Below are positions 38,188 through 48,440 of a stretch of 64,000 nt of DNA, piece after piece (within the stretch, counting starts at the first letter, position 1; each line of letters opens with the position of its first letter). The position numbers were made by a program, and so were the translations under genes. The notes beneath the pieces are model-generated. The model worked only from the letters and a program-made list of their open reading frames with translations. It was not told the DNA's origin and did not search any database. The stretch is taken from NCBI RefSeq assembly GCF_024298765.1, contig NZ_CP101210.1. One strand, given 5' to 3'. The stretch is from Escherichia coli. Lineage in GTDB: Bacteria > Pseudomonadota > Gammaproteobacteria > Enterobacterales > Enterobacteriaceae.

Positions 38188-39378
38188 ATGAGTGAATTTA
38201 TTGCTGAAAACCGCGGCGCGAATGCCATCACCCGACCGAACTGGTCAGCCGTTTTCTCGGTGGCGTTTTGCGTCGCCTGTCTGATTATCGTTGAGTTTTT
38301 GCCTGTCAGTTTGTTGACGCCAATGGCCCAGGATTTAGGCATTTCGGAAGGGGTTGCCGGCCAATCGGTGACCGTGACCGCCTTTGTGGCGATGTTTGCC
38401 AGTTTGTTTATTACCCAGACCATTCAGGCCACTGACCGCCGCTACGTTGTCATTCTGTTCGCCGTTTTGCTGACGCTTTCCTGTTTGCTGGTTTCCTTTG
38501 CCAACTCATTCAGTCTGCTGTTAATCGGTCGCGCCTGTCTGGGGGTGGCGCTGGGCGGGTTCTGGGCGATATCGGCGTCGCTGACCATGCGTCTGGTACC
38601 GCCGCGTACGGTGCCGAAGGCGCTGTCGGTGATCTTCGGCGCGGTTTCTATTGCGCTGGTGATTGCTGCGCCGTTGGGCAGTTTTTTAGGCGAGCTTATC
38701 GGTTGGCGCAATGTCTTTAATGCGGCGGCGGCGATGGGTGTGCTGTGTATTTTCTGGATTATCAAATCGCTGCCTTCGCTGCCAGGTGAACCTTCGCATC
38801 AGAAACAAAATACTTTCCGCTTATTACAACGTCCGGGAGTGATGGCCGGGATGATCGCCATCTTTATGTCCTTTGCCGGACAGTTTGCTTTTTTCACTTA
38901 TATTCGCCCAGTGTATATGAATCTGGCGGGATTCGGTGTTGATGGCTTAACCCTGGTGCTGCTGAGTTTTGGTATCGCCAGCTTTGTCGGGACATCGCTT
39001 TCGTCGTTTATTCTCAAACGTTCGGTGAAACTGGCCTTAGCGGGCGCACCGTTTGTGCTCGCCCTGAGCGCGCTGGTACTGACGCTGTGGGGAAGCGATA
39101 AAATTGTTGCTACTGGTGTGGCGATTATCTGGGGGCTGACCTTTGCTTTAATTCCCGTTGGTTGGTCAACGTGGATCACTCGCTCATTGACCGATCAGGC
39201 AGAAAAGGCTGGATCTATTCAGGTGGCCGTTATTCAGCTTGCTAACACCTGCGGTGCGGCAATCGGCGGTTATGCGTTGGATAACATTGGTCTGACTTCG
39301 CCGCTGATGTTGTCCGGCACATTGATGTTGCTGACTGCATTGTTGGTGACTGCAAAGGTGAAAATGAAGAAATCCTGA
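38188..39378 (+). CDS. nepI: purine ribonucleoside efflux pump NepI (MFS)
   Basis: 396 aa from [20 protein letters not shown]. Confidence 0.88.
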   Translation: MSEFIAENRGANAITRPNWSAVFSVAFCVACLIIVEFLPVSLLTPMAQDLGISEGVAGQSVTVTAFVAMFASLFITQTIQATDRRYVVILFAVLLTLSCLLVSFANSFSLLLIGRACLGVALGGFWAISASLTMRLVPPRTVPKALSVIFGAVSIALVIAAPLGSFLGELIGWRNVFNAAAAMGVLCIFWIIKSLPSLPGEPSHQKQNTFRLLQRPGVMAGMIAIFMSFAGQFAFFTYIRPVYMNLAGFGVDGLTLVLLSFGIASFVGTSLSSFILKRSVKLALAGAPFVLALSALVLTLWGSDKIVATGVAIIWGLTFALIPVGWSTWITRSLTDQAEKAGSIQVAVIQLANTCGAAIGGYALDNIGLTSPLMLSGTLMLLTALLVTAKVKMKKS

Positions 39379-39418
39379 TATCAGGTAAAGAAGCGTTGGT
39401 CAGTGGTTGTTGCCGTTC

Positions 39419-39712
39419 TTACATATCCGGGCATTCTACCTTACCCAACGCTTCCCAATAATTGCTCTGATTATTACGTTCCATCGCCACGATGGCCTCG
39501 CGTATATGTTGTTTATTGTTTTCATCTGACAACATTAACTTTTCCCACGCTTCATCTGATAATGACGCCTGTGGCGTGCAAATTTTACGTAAATCTTGCA
39601 ATACCGTGGTTTTCTCTTTTGCCGACTGTAGAGAACTGAATGGCGACTCGGCCTGAGAAATGGCTGGAAAAATCAGGAATACGGTAATCATGAGTAGCAT
39701 CGTTGGCTTCAT
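39419..39712 (-). CDS. yicS: periplasmic protein YicS
   Basis: 97 aa from MKPTMLLMITVFLIFPAISQA (signal peptide). Confidence 0.7.
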   Translation of the reverse strand: MKPTMLLMITVFLIFPAISQAESPFSSLQSAKEKTTVLQDLRKICTPQASLSDEAWEKLMLSDENNKQHIREAIVAMERNNQSNYWEALGKVECPDM

Positions 39713-39933
39713 AGCGGCAACCTTCTGCAAATGTGCATCGAATGAAGCATAAGTGTAGTTTGCTTTTGCCGCTCTCATCATGCTGTACGAAAGGTGTTTG
39801 CGTGGTCAGTAAGAAGTGCCAGACTTTATATTCCACTTTTATTCCTTTTTATTCTTATCGATAGCGTTTCGTTTTTTAAACTGCAGCGACCTTACCGCTA
39901 TAGTCAGGTAATCATTAATAAAAGGATAAAAAA

Positions 39934-40752
39934 ATGAAACTGACAACACATCATCTACGGGCGGGGGCCGCATTATTACTGGCAGGAATTCTGCTGGCAG
40001 GTTGCGACCAGAGCAGCAGCGATGAAAAGCACATTAAAGTGGGCGTTATTAATGGCGCAGAACAAGATGTCGCGGAAGTCGCTAAAAAGGTGGCAAAAGA
40101 GAAATATGGCCTCGATGTTGAACTGGTAGGATTTAGCGGTTCGTTGCTACCGAACGATGCGACAAATCATGGCGAGCTTGATGCGAACGTCTTCCAGCAT
40201 CGACCCTTTCTTGAACAAGATAATCAGGCGCATGGTTATAAACTGGTAGCGGTGGGAAATACGTTTGTCTTCCCCATGGCGGGTTATTCCAAAAAAATCA
40301 AAACCGTGGCGCAAATAAAAGAAGGCGCGACAGTGGCGATCCCCAACGACCCTACCAACCTTGGTCGCGCGCTTTTACTGTTGCAAAAAGAGAAGCTAAT
40401 TACTCTGAAAGAGGGAAAAGGGTTACTACCTACCGCGCTGGATATAACCGATAATCCTCGTCATTTGCAGATTATGGAACTCGAGGGGGCGCAGCTCCCG
40501 CGCGTACTGGATGATCCCAAAGTTGATGTGGCGATTATCAGCACCACTTACATTCAGCAGACCGGACTTTCTCCGGTGCACGACAGCGTATTTATTGAAG
40601 ATAAAAATTCGCCGTATGTGAACATTCTGGTAGCACGGGAAGATAATAAGAATGCAGAAAACGTGAAGGAATTTCTGCAATCTTATCAATCATCTGAAGT
40701 CGCTAAAGCGGCAGAAACCATCTTTAACGGTGGCGCGGTGCCTGGCTGGTAA
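39934..40752 (+). CDS. nlpA: lipoprotein-28 (methionine-binding NlpA family)
   Basis: 272 aa; lipobox LAGC; MetQ-like binding-protein fold. Confidence 0.93.
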   Translation: MKLTTHHLRAGAALLLAGILLAGCDQSSSDEKHIKVGVINGAEQDVAEVAKKVAKEKYGLDVELVGFSGSLLPNDATNHGELDANVFQHRPFLEQDNQAHGYKLVAVGNTFVFPMAGYSKKIKTVAQIKEGATVAIPNDPTNLGRALLLLQKEKLITLKEGKGLLPTALDITDNPRHLQIMELEGAQLPRVLDDPKVDVAIISTTYIQQTGLSPVHDSVFIEDKNSPYVNILVAREDNKNAENVKEFLQSYQSSEVAKAAETIFNGGAVPGW

Positions 40753-40755
40753 TTC

Positions 40756-41679
40756 TCACTCATCCCGCGCCGGACGATTTATTTTTCTGGCGCGGCGACG
40801 GGAATCCATTGAAATCAAAATCACTGATGACAGAATCAGAAGCGTTCCCAGCCAGTCCGGTAATGTGAATGTGATCCCCAGCAACAGCAAAGAGAGCAGC
40901 GCGCTACTTAATGGTTCTGCACAGCTCAAAATGCTGGCTTTTGGACCGCCAATTAATTGTGCTCCTTTCAGGTACAGACTAAATGTCAGGGACGTACCAA
41001 TGACCACCAAATAAAAAAACGCCAGAATCAAACTGCCGTTAACGACAAAGTTTGTCCCTTGTCTGGCATAAAAAGGCAACAGAATCAGACCGCCGATCAG
41101 CATACTCCAGCCGACGACAGGCAACGTGCCATAGCGGGCAATCAGCGTTGAGGGATAGGTGGTATAGAATGCCGCAGCAAATGCCGAGGCAATGCCCCAG
41201 AATAACGCGGCAGGAGAGATCGATAATGACGTCGGATTACCGTGTGTCACCAGTAAAAAAGTCCCGACCAGCGATGTCAAAATAGCGCAAAAAACCAGAA
41301 TGCCCGGGCGGGATTTACGCACCAGTGAGAACCAGGCGACGATAATCGTCGGTGAGAGGAATTGCAGCACCGTTGCCGTGGCAGCATTCGATTTTTCAAT
41401 GGTCAGTAAAAAGGTGAGCTGTACGGTTAGCGCGCCAACCACGGAAAAAATCAGCAGACTAATGGCATCTTTGTGATTGTTAATAATAGAAAAGATTTTA
41501 TCGCCATGAACAAATGACAGCGTCAGCAGAATCAAACCGGCGAATATCAAACGCGTCATAGTCAAAAACTGCGACGACATCTGGCTTTGCTCCATGATGT
41601 ATTGCGCGCAGACCCCTGAACTTCCCCACAACACGGCGGCAATCAGAACGTTCAGCATCCCCTTTCTGGTGGAACCCAT
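40756..41679 (-). CDS. yicL: EamA/DMT-family transporter YicL
   Basis: 307 aa from [21 protein letters not shown]; convergent with nlpA. Confidence 0.85.
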
Positions 41680-41845
41680 TTTTCCCTCTGCATACTGTTT
41701 TGTCTTTTCATCAATATACGTTAAGGATACCACTACCGATGACGGTGAGGGAGTAGAGTAATCAATCAGTTTTAGTGAATGGAGGAAATAATGACATATA
41801 ACAATTATTCATATGGTATTTAAAAAAACTCAATATGAAATTTAA

Positions 41846-42343
41846 TTATTTAATGTTCAATAACTCTATGGCTTTAGTATATTCATCAGGAATACCAATT
41901 GTAAAACAAGGTGCGGTATCGGTAGGTAGATTTTCTTTGTTATCATCATCCAGAACAGAAATAGAAAATTGTCGTTCAGGTGTTGATGTCGTGGTTATTA
42001 AAATGGTTGGATTAGGAAGAGAAACATATGTTGTATCATTTTTTAGTTTTATTTCTTTGATGTTTTCTTTGTTAATTTTATCAATCGTTTCAATAGAGAA
42101 AAAAGAATCATACCCCATTCGCAGTTCAATTTTATTATCGTTTTCGAATAAATAAATGGCATTATTGTTTTGAAGCAGATTGAATATATTGTTAGCGCAA
42201 GTTTGAGTTGCTAGCCAGGATGCCGCTGGATGACTCAAATTAATATGCGTGCTAAAGACTTTGACGCGACTACTTCTGTTTTTCTCTTTACTTTCAATTA
42301 AATGCCTAGCGCTTTTGGCTGCTTTACAAGTTCCATGCCCCAC
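41846..42343 (-). CDS. hypothetical protein (AT-rich orphan ORF; possible N-terminal membrane anchor)
   Basis: 165-aa ORF from GTG; in-frame upstream codons encode a hydrophobic stretch (IVIIKLIGTIFSVVIGVILIVSIL) with no canonical start before a stop. Confidence 0.35.
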   Translation of the reverse strand: MGHGTCKAAKSARHLIESKEKNRSSRVKVFSTHINLSHPAASWLATQTCANNIFNLLQNNNAIYLFENDNKIELRMGYDSFFSIETIDKINKENIKEIKLKNDTTYVSLPNPTILITTTSTPERQFSISVLDDDNKENLPTDTAPCFTIGIPDEYTKAIELLNIK

Positions 42344-42784
42344 ACGGCAAAAATAATCTCCTGAAAGGATACTTACAATCAGTATTACACCAATGACGAC
42401 AGAAAAAATAGTTCCGATGAGTTTGATGATGACAATCCTTGTGCAGTGTTATTTTCACCATGGATTATAATGTTATAGTGAAATTATTGCGCATGTAATT
42501 TTTCTTTGATTGTTTTAACATCACATTTATGCACTTCTTCATCTTTGTAGCAGGTAAAAGCCATATATGGATGGCTGGTGTCCGGTGCAGATAAAATGCA
42601 ACTTATTCTTGATAGCTTGAAAAAAAGAGAGGTTTTTTTGAGTGACGGTTGATAGTCGGTGGCAAGGAAGACGTTTTCGTACACTCGGCAAGAAAAACGA
42701 ATCACTCTGTCATACTACCAGATACATCAGCAGGGTCAGGTTGCTCAGAAATAAGCAGGATGGGGATCACTGAAGAGGCATTTT

Positions 42785-42804
42785 GGCGATCACAGGAGTC
42801 GAAT
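42785..42804 (-). repeat. selC 3-prime-end-like att remnant (island distal boundary)
   Basis: ggcgatcacaggagtcgaat contains gatcacaggagtcgaa, the reverse complement of the tRNA-Sec 3-prime end ttcgactcctgtgatc (from memory of selC). Confidence 0.5.
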
Positions 42805-42938
42805 ATGAGTGTTAATGTTTTGATTTTAAATGATTAATCTGTGTTGGATAAATGAGTAACCCCCATAAGAACCCCCAAATAACTTTGTGTAAGGGAATGA
42901 AGCTAAAATACACAATCGAATCAATTCTTAGAGCTTTA

Positions 42939-43781
42939 TTATGAAGGTAACACTCCCGGATAGTGTTTCGCAATAATATCATTCAGCCTGTCAACCAGTT
43001 CTGGTTTCCTGAACCTGATGTGCGCGGAGCCTTTCTTAAAGTATCTGATGCTGAACATCTCATCTTCATAGCATTCTTTACCCTGAACAGACCGGATGTG
43101 ATCATCCAGACGAATAGTGATGTTTTCCCGGTTGTCGGGGATCGGTTTACCGCTGAACAGGTGCAACATTCTTTCCAGATCGGCGAGTCGGTCAGCCTGT
43201 TGCCCGGTGATAAGATGAAATCCCCACCGGTCCCACCTTACCAGGTTGTTAATGATAATTTTACTGCCAAATTTACAGGGGCAATTAGTTTTGTAATTCC
43301 AGCTCAGTCCCCTGAAGACGTTGATCACCCCTCGCTCAAACACTTCATCTTTGTTCTGGTGCAGTTGTTTAAATGTGCTCAGAATGTTCGCTTCGCTGAT
43401 TTCCGGAAAATTATCGTATTCCAGTGACCGGTACCATGTCTCACGGGCCTGCGCATCCATTAATGACAGCATCCCGGAACGTTGCATCAGGTCACGCCAG
43501 ATTTCGCGATCGAGATTGCGGGTGATGGCTTTCATTGCCGTTTCAGGTTTTTCCATCAGCCAGCAACCACAGCGAAAATCCTGTTTCATCGCCCAGTCCA
43601 GTGCGGCTTTACCGTCAATACTTTCTGTCATTGCTGAGATTTCTGCCAGTTGCCGGGTAAGTGTGTCGATTTGCAGCAGCGTACTCTTTCGTACAGCCAG
43701 AATGTGGCGGATACTGGTTGAGCAGATAACGTCCGTATGCCCGTTGACCACTTCCGGACGGGGGGCTGTGATTTCAGACAT
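42939..43781 (-). CDS. hypothetical protein (DUF4942-like, terminal gene of CP4-type islands)
   Basis: 280-aa ORF; last gene of the minus-strand backbone block; family assignment from memory. Confidence 0.55.
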   Translation of the reverse strand: MSEITAPRPEVVNGHTDVICSTSIRHILAVRKSTLLQIDTLTRQLAEISAMTESIDGKAALDWAMKQDFRCGCWLMEKPETAMKAITRNLDREIWRDLMQRSGMLSLMDAQARETWYRSLEYDNFPEISEANILSTFKQLHQNKDEVFERGVINVFRGLSWNYKTNCPCKFGSKIIINNLVRWDRWGFHLITGQQADRLADLERMLHLFSGKPIPDNRENITIRLDDHIRSVQGKECYEDEMFSIRYFKKGSAHIRFRKPELVDRLNDIIAKHYPGVLPS

Positions 43782-43865
43782 AATCGATATTCCTTTTTGC
43801 AGATAAATGAAAACGCCTGCCCTGTTCAGGCTGGCGTCAGTGGAATGAAGTCTGGTGAGTAAGAC

Positions 43866-44288
43866 TCACCGGTTCTGGTACAGAAGCTGCAGTTGGCGCA
43901 GGGTACGGATATCCTCCCTGGCCTGTTCAATACAGGGCAACAGTGCTGCCGAATCCGTTTTGTCCTCATCGTTGTCAAAGATAATTTCCGATTCGCAGTC
44001 AATATTGTCCTGCAGCCACGCAATGAGGATATCCAGCGCTGTTTCAGTGGTTAATGGCATCACGCTCTGTATCACTGTATTGTCTTCCGGCAACTGATGA
44101 GGGCTGGCAGAAGTCGCCGGTGTTTCGGTAGCGTCATGTTCATCCACCACGCGGAGTGAATAACCGTTTTCAGCGACTTTGTTAATCAGTTCAGCGAGCT
44201 TAATACCATCGACGTCAACGACAATGCGCCCCATGTTCAGCGCCTGCGCATTAATGCTGTCGGCTTCCAGCGTCAGGGCCAGTTTCAT
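43866..44288 (-). CDS. YeeW-like protein
   Basis: 140-aa ORF immediately downstream of the CbtA-like toxin, with 4-bp overlap. Confidence 0.55.
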   Translation of the reverse strand: MKLALTLEADSINAQALNMGRIVVDVDGIKLAELINKVAENGYSLRVVDEHDATETPATSASPHQLPEDNTVIQSVMPLTTETALDILIAWLQDNIDCESEIIFDNDEDKTDSAALLPCIEQAREDIRTLRQLQLLYQNR

Positions 44289-44662
44289 TGTTTCGCCCCC
44301 GGATGTTTACCCAGGGTAATGTTATTTACCGTTCTGTAGTTGTCGCGTGTCATCAGGCCGGTTGCCCGGCGTGCCCGGAGGATATCAATACTGTTTATTA
44401 ACTGAGAACGGGTACAGGCGCTGAATCCCGGCTGGTCGGTACGTACCAGCGCGTATTTTTCAACGAGAAAGTTCACCGCATCACACAGTGAAATGCCCGC
44501 TTCAATATGCTGCTCAATCACACGTTCATCAGCGAACGGTGTGTCATTCAGCGCGAGGCCGTAGTGCTGGTCCAGTAACCGGGTGAGCAGTGTCTGCCAG
44601 ATGGTGACGGGAGACGGGCAGCACGATGCCTCCCGTACATGCGTGTCGGGTAATGTTTTCAT
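44285..44662 (-). CDS. cbtA: type IV toxin-antitoxin toxin, CbtA/YkfI/YpjF family
   Basis: 125 aa from MKTLPDTHVREASCCPSPVTIWQTLLTRLLDQHYGL...; strong match to remembered CbtA family sequence. Confidence 0.85.
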   Translation of the reverse strand: MKTLPDTHVREASCCPSPVTIWQTLLTRLLDQHYGLALNDTPFADERVIEQHIEAGISLCDAVNFLVEKYALVRTDQPGFSACTRSQLINSIDILRARRATGLMTRDNYRTVNNITLGKHPGAKQ

Positions 44663-44751
44663 AATGAAGATTTTCCTGATATGCAGAGATAAAAAATGGG
44701 ACAGTGGCGTGGTGAAAGCACCAGGCCGGAGCAGAAGGTTATTCTGGAGAG

Positions 44752-45120
44752 TTACTTTTTCGTTTCGGGCGTCGGATAAACAGCCATATAAACGTAGCCA
44801 CAACTGCCGAGGGTGTCGGCTTTGCAGGTCAGACCTTTTGCATACAGCGTGACGGTATGCTGATGGCGGGGATTCAGTTCACCGCTGGTGAGCATGAGTT
44901 CCAGTTGTTTCATCAGCAGCGGAAAGGCCTGGTCCAGGTGGTACGCATCTGCATCGCTGAACAGGCCTCTGATACCGGCGCGGTCGGCAAGGTAATGCAG
45001 GCGGTTACCCTCCTGCACCAGACGTGCCCCGAAACAGGGCGTCACGGTGCAGGGCAGCCCCCACCAGGGGCGGTCGTGATTGTCGTCGGGAAGCATTGTC
45101 CCGGAGAGTGCGTCTGACAC
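44752..45120 (-). CDS. cbeA: type IV toxin-antitoxin antitoxin, CbeA/YafW/YfjZ family
   Basis: 122 aa MSDALSGTMLPDDNHDRPWWGLPCTVTPCFGARLVQEGNRLHYLADRAGIRG...; directly upstream of toxin. Confidence 0.85.
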   Translation of the reverse strand: MSDALSGTMLPDDNHDRPWWGLPCTVTPCFGARLVQEGNRLHYLADRAGIRGLFSDADAYHLDQAFPLLMKQLELMLTSGELNPRHQHTVTLYAKGLTCKADTLGSCGYVYMAVYPTPETKK

Positions 45121-45282
45121 GATAAAATCCTCACAGAAAATCGGTTAAGAATGGTTTAACGATGACAGGTCAGCCGGCGCGCAGACCGCCTTCGGTAAAG
45201 GTGTATTCGTTTATGAGCAGGGCCTCATCCACAGCGGCGTCTGAGCTCAGCCAGTCGTACTCGTTTTCCGGGTGACGGAACA

Positions 45283-45504
45283 TCAGTTCAGGGTGACGCT
45301 CATCAGCCGGACATACGGGCCAAAACTGTCCTTACGACGTTCAGCAAACACGGCCAGCACACCGGGAATATCCTGTACTTCACGACCGGTATACGTCTCA
45401 GCACTGCCGTGCCAGCGGTACTTACCGGTGTAGAACGGAAAAAGACGGGATGCAGGATGTTGTTGGTGAATACGCATGGCTTCACCACGAGTGATAATTT
45501 TCAT
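45283..45504 (-). CDS. DUF987 protein (YeeT/YpjJ-like)
   Basis: 73 aa MKIITRGEAMRIHQQHPASRLFPFYTGKYRWHGSAETYTGREV... Confidence 0.75.
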   Translation of the reverse strand: MKIITRGEAMRIHQQHPASRLFPFYTGKYRWHGSAETYTGREVQDIPGVLAVFAERRKDSFGPYVRLMSVTLN

Positions 45505-45566
45505 AATGGGATACCTCTGAAGACAGAAGATAAAAGTGAAAACAGGTGTGATGTGGTTGTGACGGG

Positions 45567-46043
45567 TTAAAGCAGACCATGTTCGGCAAAGGAGAAAACC
45601 TGGTTGCCACCGACTATCAGATGGTCCGGCACCCGGATATCCACCAGGCCCAGTGCCTGTACCAGACGTTCGGTGATAAGCCGGTCTGCCTTACTGGGTG
45701 TGACTTCACCGGACGGGTGATTGTGCGCCAGCACCACGGCAGCGGCATTGTGGTACAGGGCGCGTTTAATCACTTCCCGGGGATGGACTTCCGTGCGGTT
45801 GATGGTGCCGGTGAAGAGGGTTTCACCGGCAATCAGCTGATTCTGGTTATTCAGATACAGTACCCGGAATTCTTCACGCTCCAGTCCCGCCATGTTCAGA
45901 ATCAGCCATTCCCGTGCCGCACGGGTGGAGGTGAAGGCCACGCCGGGTTCATGAAGATGACGGTCCAGGGTTTTCAGGGCCCGCTGAATAAGGCTGCGCT
46001 CGCCGGGCGTCATCGCTCCGGGCAGAAAGGAAAGCTGTTGCAT
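45567..46043 (-). CDS. RadC-like JAB-domain protein (YeeS/YkfG/YfjY family)
   Basis: 158 aa; JAMM motif HNHPSGEVTPSKAD. Confidence 0.85.
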   Translation of the reverse strand: MQQLSFLPGAMTPGERSLIQRALKTLDRHLHEPGVAFTSTRAAREWLILNMAGLEREEFRVLYLNNQNQLIAGETLFTGTINRTEVHPREVIKRALYHNAAAVVLAHNHPSGEVTPSKADRLITERLVQALGLVDIRVPDHLIVGGNQVFSFAEHGLL

Positions 46044-46054
46044 GGCCTCTCTCC

Positions 46055-46534
46055 TCAGTCAATGATGCGCATAATGGCGCTGCATTCCGGATGCTGCAGG
46101 GCGTAATCCCGCAGCCGGTAATAATGGACCGTCATGGCATAACACTCCGTACGACAGGCGTGATGACTGTACGTCATCAGACAGGCAGCAATGCCGGCGG
46201 CTTCCGGGCTCATTTCAGCGCGGTTACCGTTCATGGCACTGAACAGTACCCATGTTTCGTCATCATCGTCATCCGGTTCGGGTGCCATAAATGCGCCACC
46301 GTTGTTCAGGGTGTACAGATTCCAGATACCCCCGCAGTAGTCTTCACACAGACGGTCCATCCAGCCGAAGATACGGGGCTCCAGGGTCACCCACTGTGGA
46401 ATGAGGCCAAAATGCTGCGGCCAGAAGCTGATGCGCTGTTCATCAGGGACGAGGCTGGCAACCAGCTGAGGCGGATTATTCTCTGGTGTTGTAGCTGAAT
46501 AAATTGTGGGGGTATTCTGAGAAACGGTCTTCAT
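46055..46534 (-). CDS. antirestriction protein (ArdB/KlcA family, YfjX-like)
   Basis: 159 aa; acidic DDDDDE stretch; conserved position upstream of radC-like gene. Confidence 0.8.
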   Translation of the reverse strand: MKTVSQNTPTIYSATTPENNPPQLVASLVPDEQRISFWPQHFGLIPQWVTLEPRIFGWMDRLCEDYCGGIWNLYTLNNGGAFMAPEPDDDDDETWVLFSAMNGNRAEMSPEAAGIAACLMTYSHHACRTECYAMTVHYYRLRDYALQHPECSAIMRIID

Positions 46535-46615
46535 GAGATAACTCCTTAAATAACAAATAAATGTGTGTTTTTCAGGAACGAAAGCTGAATGATTCCCTCA
46601 CTCAGGGAAACGGCA

Positions 46616-47434
46616 TCAGCGCAGGCTCTCCAGCATCGTTTCTGCCATCACCCACAATGCGCGGTTGAGCTTAATGTCGGTATCAATGCTGTGAATGGCC
46701 CGGGTATGGATACGTTTTCCTCTGGCACTGCGCCCGGAAATCCCGCCTTTCAGCATATTCTCCTGGATGGTCTGATAAGCACTCCACAGGTCCTTACCGT
46801 AATCCTCCCGGCGTCGTGGTGTCAGAATGTCGGCGGTGGTGACGGGCTGATGTTCGTCACCATAACGGTAAGTCAGCGCCGCCTGTGCCAGCGCCTGGCG
46901 TGCCGGTGGCGGCAGGACCAGCGACTGCATGGCATCACGCTTCTCCTCTATCCGGTCAAACACGCCCACCACCTCGTAAGCCCCTTCAATGACTCTGTCC
47001 ACCACATTTCCCCGGTGCGGAACACGTACTTCCCCCAGAGACTGACCACAGACGCAGCCGTTCTGGCAGACGAACCTGAAGTACCCCGGCAGCATCTGGT
47101 AGCTGGAGGTACCGTCATGAGAGTTGAGCAGAATAATTTCAGGGACATGTTCTCCGTTTATCTCTCCGGCCCGCCGCAGACGCAGCATGTGTTTTGTGTA
47201 TTCCCGGCGGCTCTGGTCGCGCACACGGGTCTGGCAGGCGAAGAACGGCTGAAAGCCTTCCCGCTGCAGATTTTCCAGGACGGTGATGGTGGGAATGTAC
47301 GCATACCGTTCACTGCGGGAGGTGTGCCGGTCTTCTCCAAAAATACTCGGGACGTGGTACATCAGTTCTTCGCGTGTCAGTGGGCGCTCCCGACGGATCT
47401 GATTTACATGACCAAAACGACTGGCTAATTGCAT
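46616..47434 (-). CDS. DUF932 protein (YafZ/YfjQ-like)
   Basis: 272-aa ORF; conserved backbone position. Confidence 0.75.
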   Translation of the reverse strand: MQLASRFGHVNQIRRERPLTREELMYHVPSIFGEDRHTSRSERYAYIPTITVLENLQREGFQPFFACQTRVRDQSRREYTKHMLRLRRAGEINGEHVPEIILLNSHDGTSSYQMLPGYFRFVCQNGCVCGQSLGEVRVPHRGNVVDRVIEGAYEVVGVFDRIEEKRDAMQSLVLPPPARQALAQAALTYRYGDEHQPVTTADILTPRRREDYGKDLWSAYQTIQENMLKGGISGRSARGKRIHTRAIHSIDTDIKLNRALWVMAETMLESLR

Positions 47435-47472
47435 ACTTTGCTCCTTATGAATGAATTAGCGGTATAAACGAA

Positions 47473-47500
47473 AAGGCCGCGTCTCCCGGAGAAGACGCGG
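47473..47500. other. intercistronic GC-rich stem-loop
   Basis: ggccgcgtct-cccggaga-agacgcggcc: perfect 10-bp stem between the DUF905 and DUF932 genes. Confidence 0.5.
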
Positions 47501-47523
47501 CCTGATGGATGAAATGAAGACGT

Positions 47524-47757
47524 TTATTGCCTGAGAATTCCCTCACTGGCGAGATACGAATTTAGCTGTTTTCCGGCATCAGGTTCAAAATTCCAGCACC
47601 GCCAGCGTAGCTGCCCTTCGGCATTGCGGATAACCAGCCGGAAATGCGTTCCCTGGTCATCCTCAATAAGCACATTGCGGTAAGCTGTTGTGACGGCAAC
47701 CGCCTGTTCGCGTGAGAAAGGGCCTTCGGGCAATAAAACAGGGTGGCAGTCCGACAT
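47524..47757 (-). CDS. DUF905 small protein
   Basis: 77-aa [51 protein letters not shown]... Confidence 0.65.
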   Translation of the reverse strand: MSDCHPVLLPEGPFSREQAVAVTTAYRNVLIEDDQGTHFRLVIRNAEGQLRWRCWNFEPDAGKQLNSYLASEGILRQ

Positions 47758-47762
47758 ACCGG

Positions 47763-48440
47763 CTATTTTCCGATAAATTCAACGCTGGCGCCGGTGGCAT
47801 TACCGTCAGCACCAACCGTGACGGTCACTTTGTCGTACGCACGGTCTTCAGGATTGAATACTTCAAACTCAACCTTATTGCCTTTTACTTCGTAAGAGCC
47901 AAAATCAGCGGTTTCTGTTGTTTCCTCGTCATATTCCCGGGCGTATGCCTGCCGGGCAGCCTGCAGGACGGAATCTTTATTAATAGTGGTCGTCTGTTTC
48001 GGGGAAAAACCGGCAAGTGATGTGACAAATTTCGGACAGACCTTCAGCATATCACCGCGGGTGAATTCCATTCGTACACCAAATGCCTGTAAAACGGACA
48101 CATCACGCTCTGCTATGGAGTGAACGGCTTTTTTGACCATTTCCGGCGCCTGTCCGATTTCCACCTCAACAGCCCTGAATCCCGTCTGCTGATTACACAT
48201 TTGTGATGTGGGGATCAGGTTACCGTTAATACTGATACGGCTGCCCAGGAGCGTCTGTACACCATTCGGGCATCCCTGCATCAGGCCGGTAATACCAATC
48301 GTGCCATTTTTCAGCATTACCAGCGCCTGACCATCTTCCGTCATGGTCTGACACCAGCCGTTTTTGACAGCCCAGTTGCCGGCGGAGGCGGAGAATGATG
48401 CCACAGTGAACAGCAGGGGAAAAAGAGCTCTGGTATTCAT
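47763..48440 (-). CDS. secreted/periplasmic protein of unknown function
   Basis: 225 aa from [20 protein letters not shown] (signal peptide); GAGG Shine-Dalgarno upstream. Confidence 0.55.
   Translation of the reverse strand: MNTRALFPLLFTVASFSASAGNWAVKNGWCQTMTEDGQALVMLKNGTIGITGLMQGCPNGVQTLLGSRISINGNLIPTSQMCNQQTGFRAVEVEIGQAPEMVKKAVHSIAERDVSVLQAFGVRMEFTRGDMLKVCPKFVTSLAGFSPKQTTTINKDSVLQAARQAYAREYDEETTETADFGSYEVKGNKVEFEVFNPEDRAYDKVTVTVGADGNATGASVEFIGK

Noticed and set aside
42484-42705. 73-aa minus-strand ORF in the AT-rich segment next to the att remnant
   Set aside because: Short, no clear RBS, no recognisable motif; kept only as part of the orphan-ORF region finding.
42785-42804. A complete selC tRNA gene at the island edge
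   Set aside because: Only 16 nt of the 3-prime end are present; the adjacent sequence does not continue into a tRNA-Sec acceptor and T-arm. This is an att remnant, not a tRNA gene.
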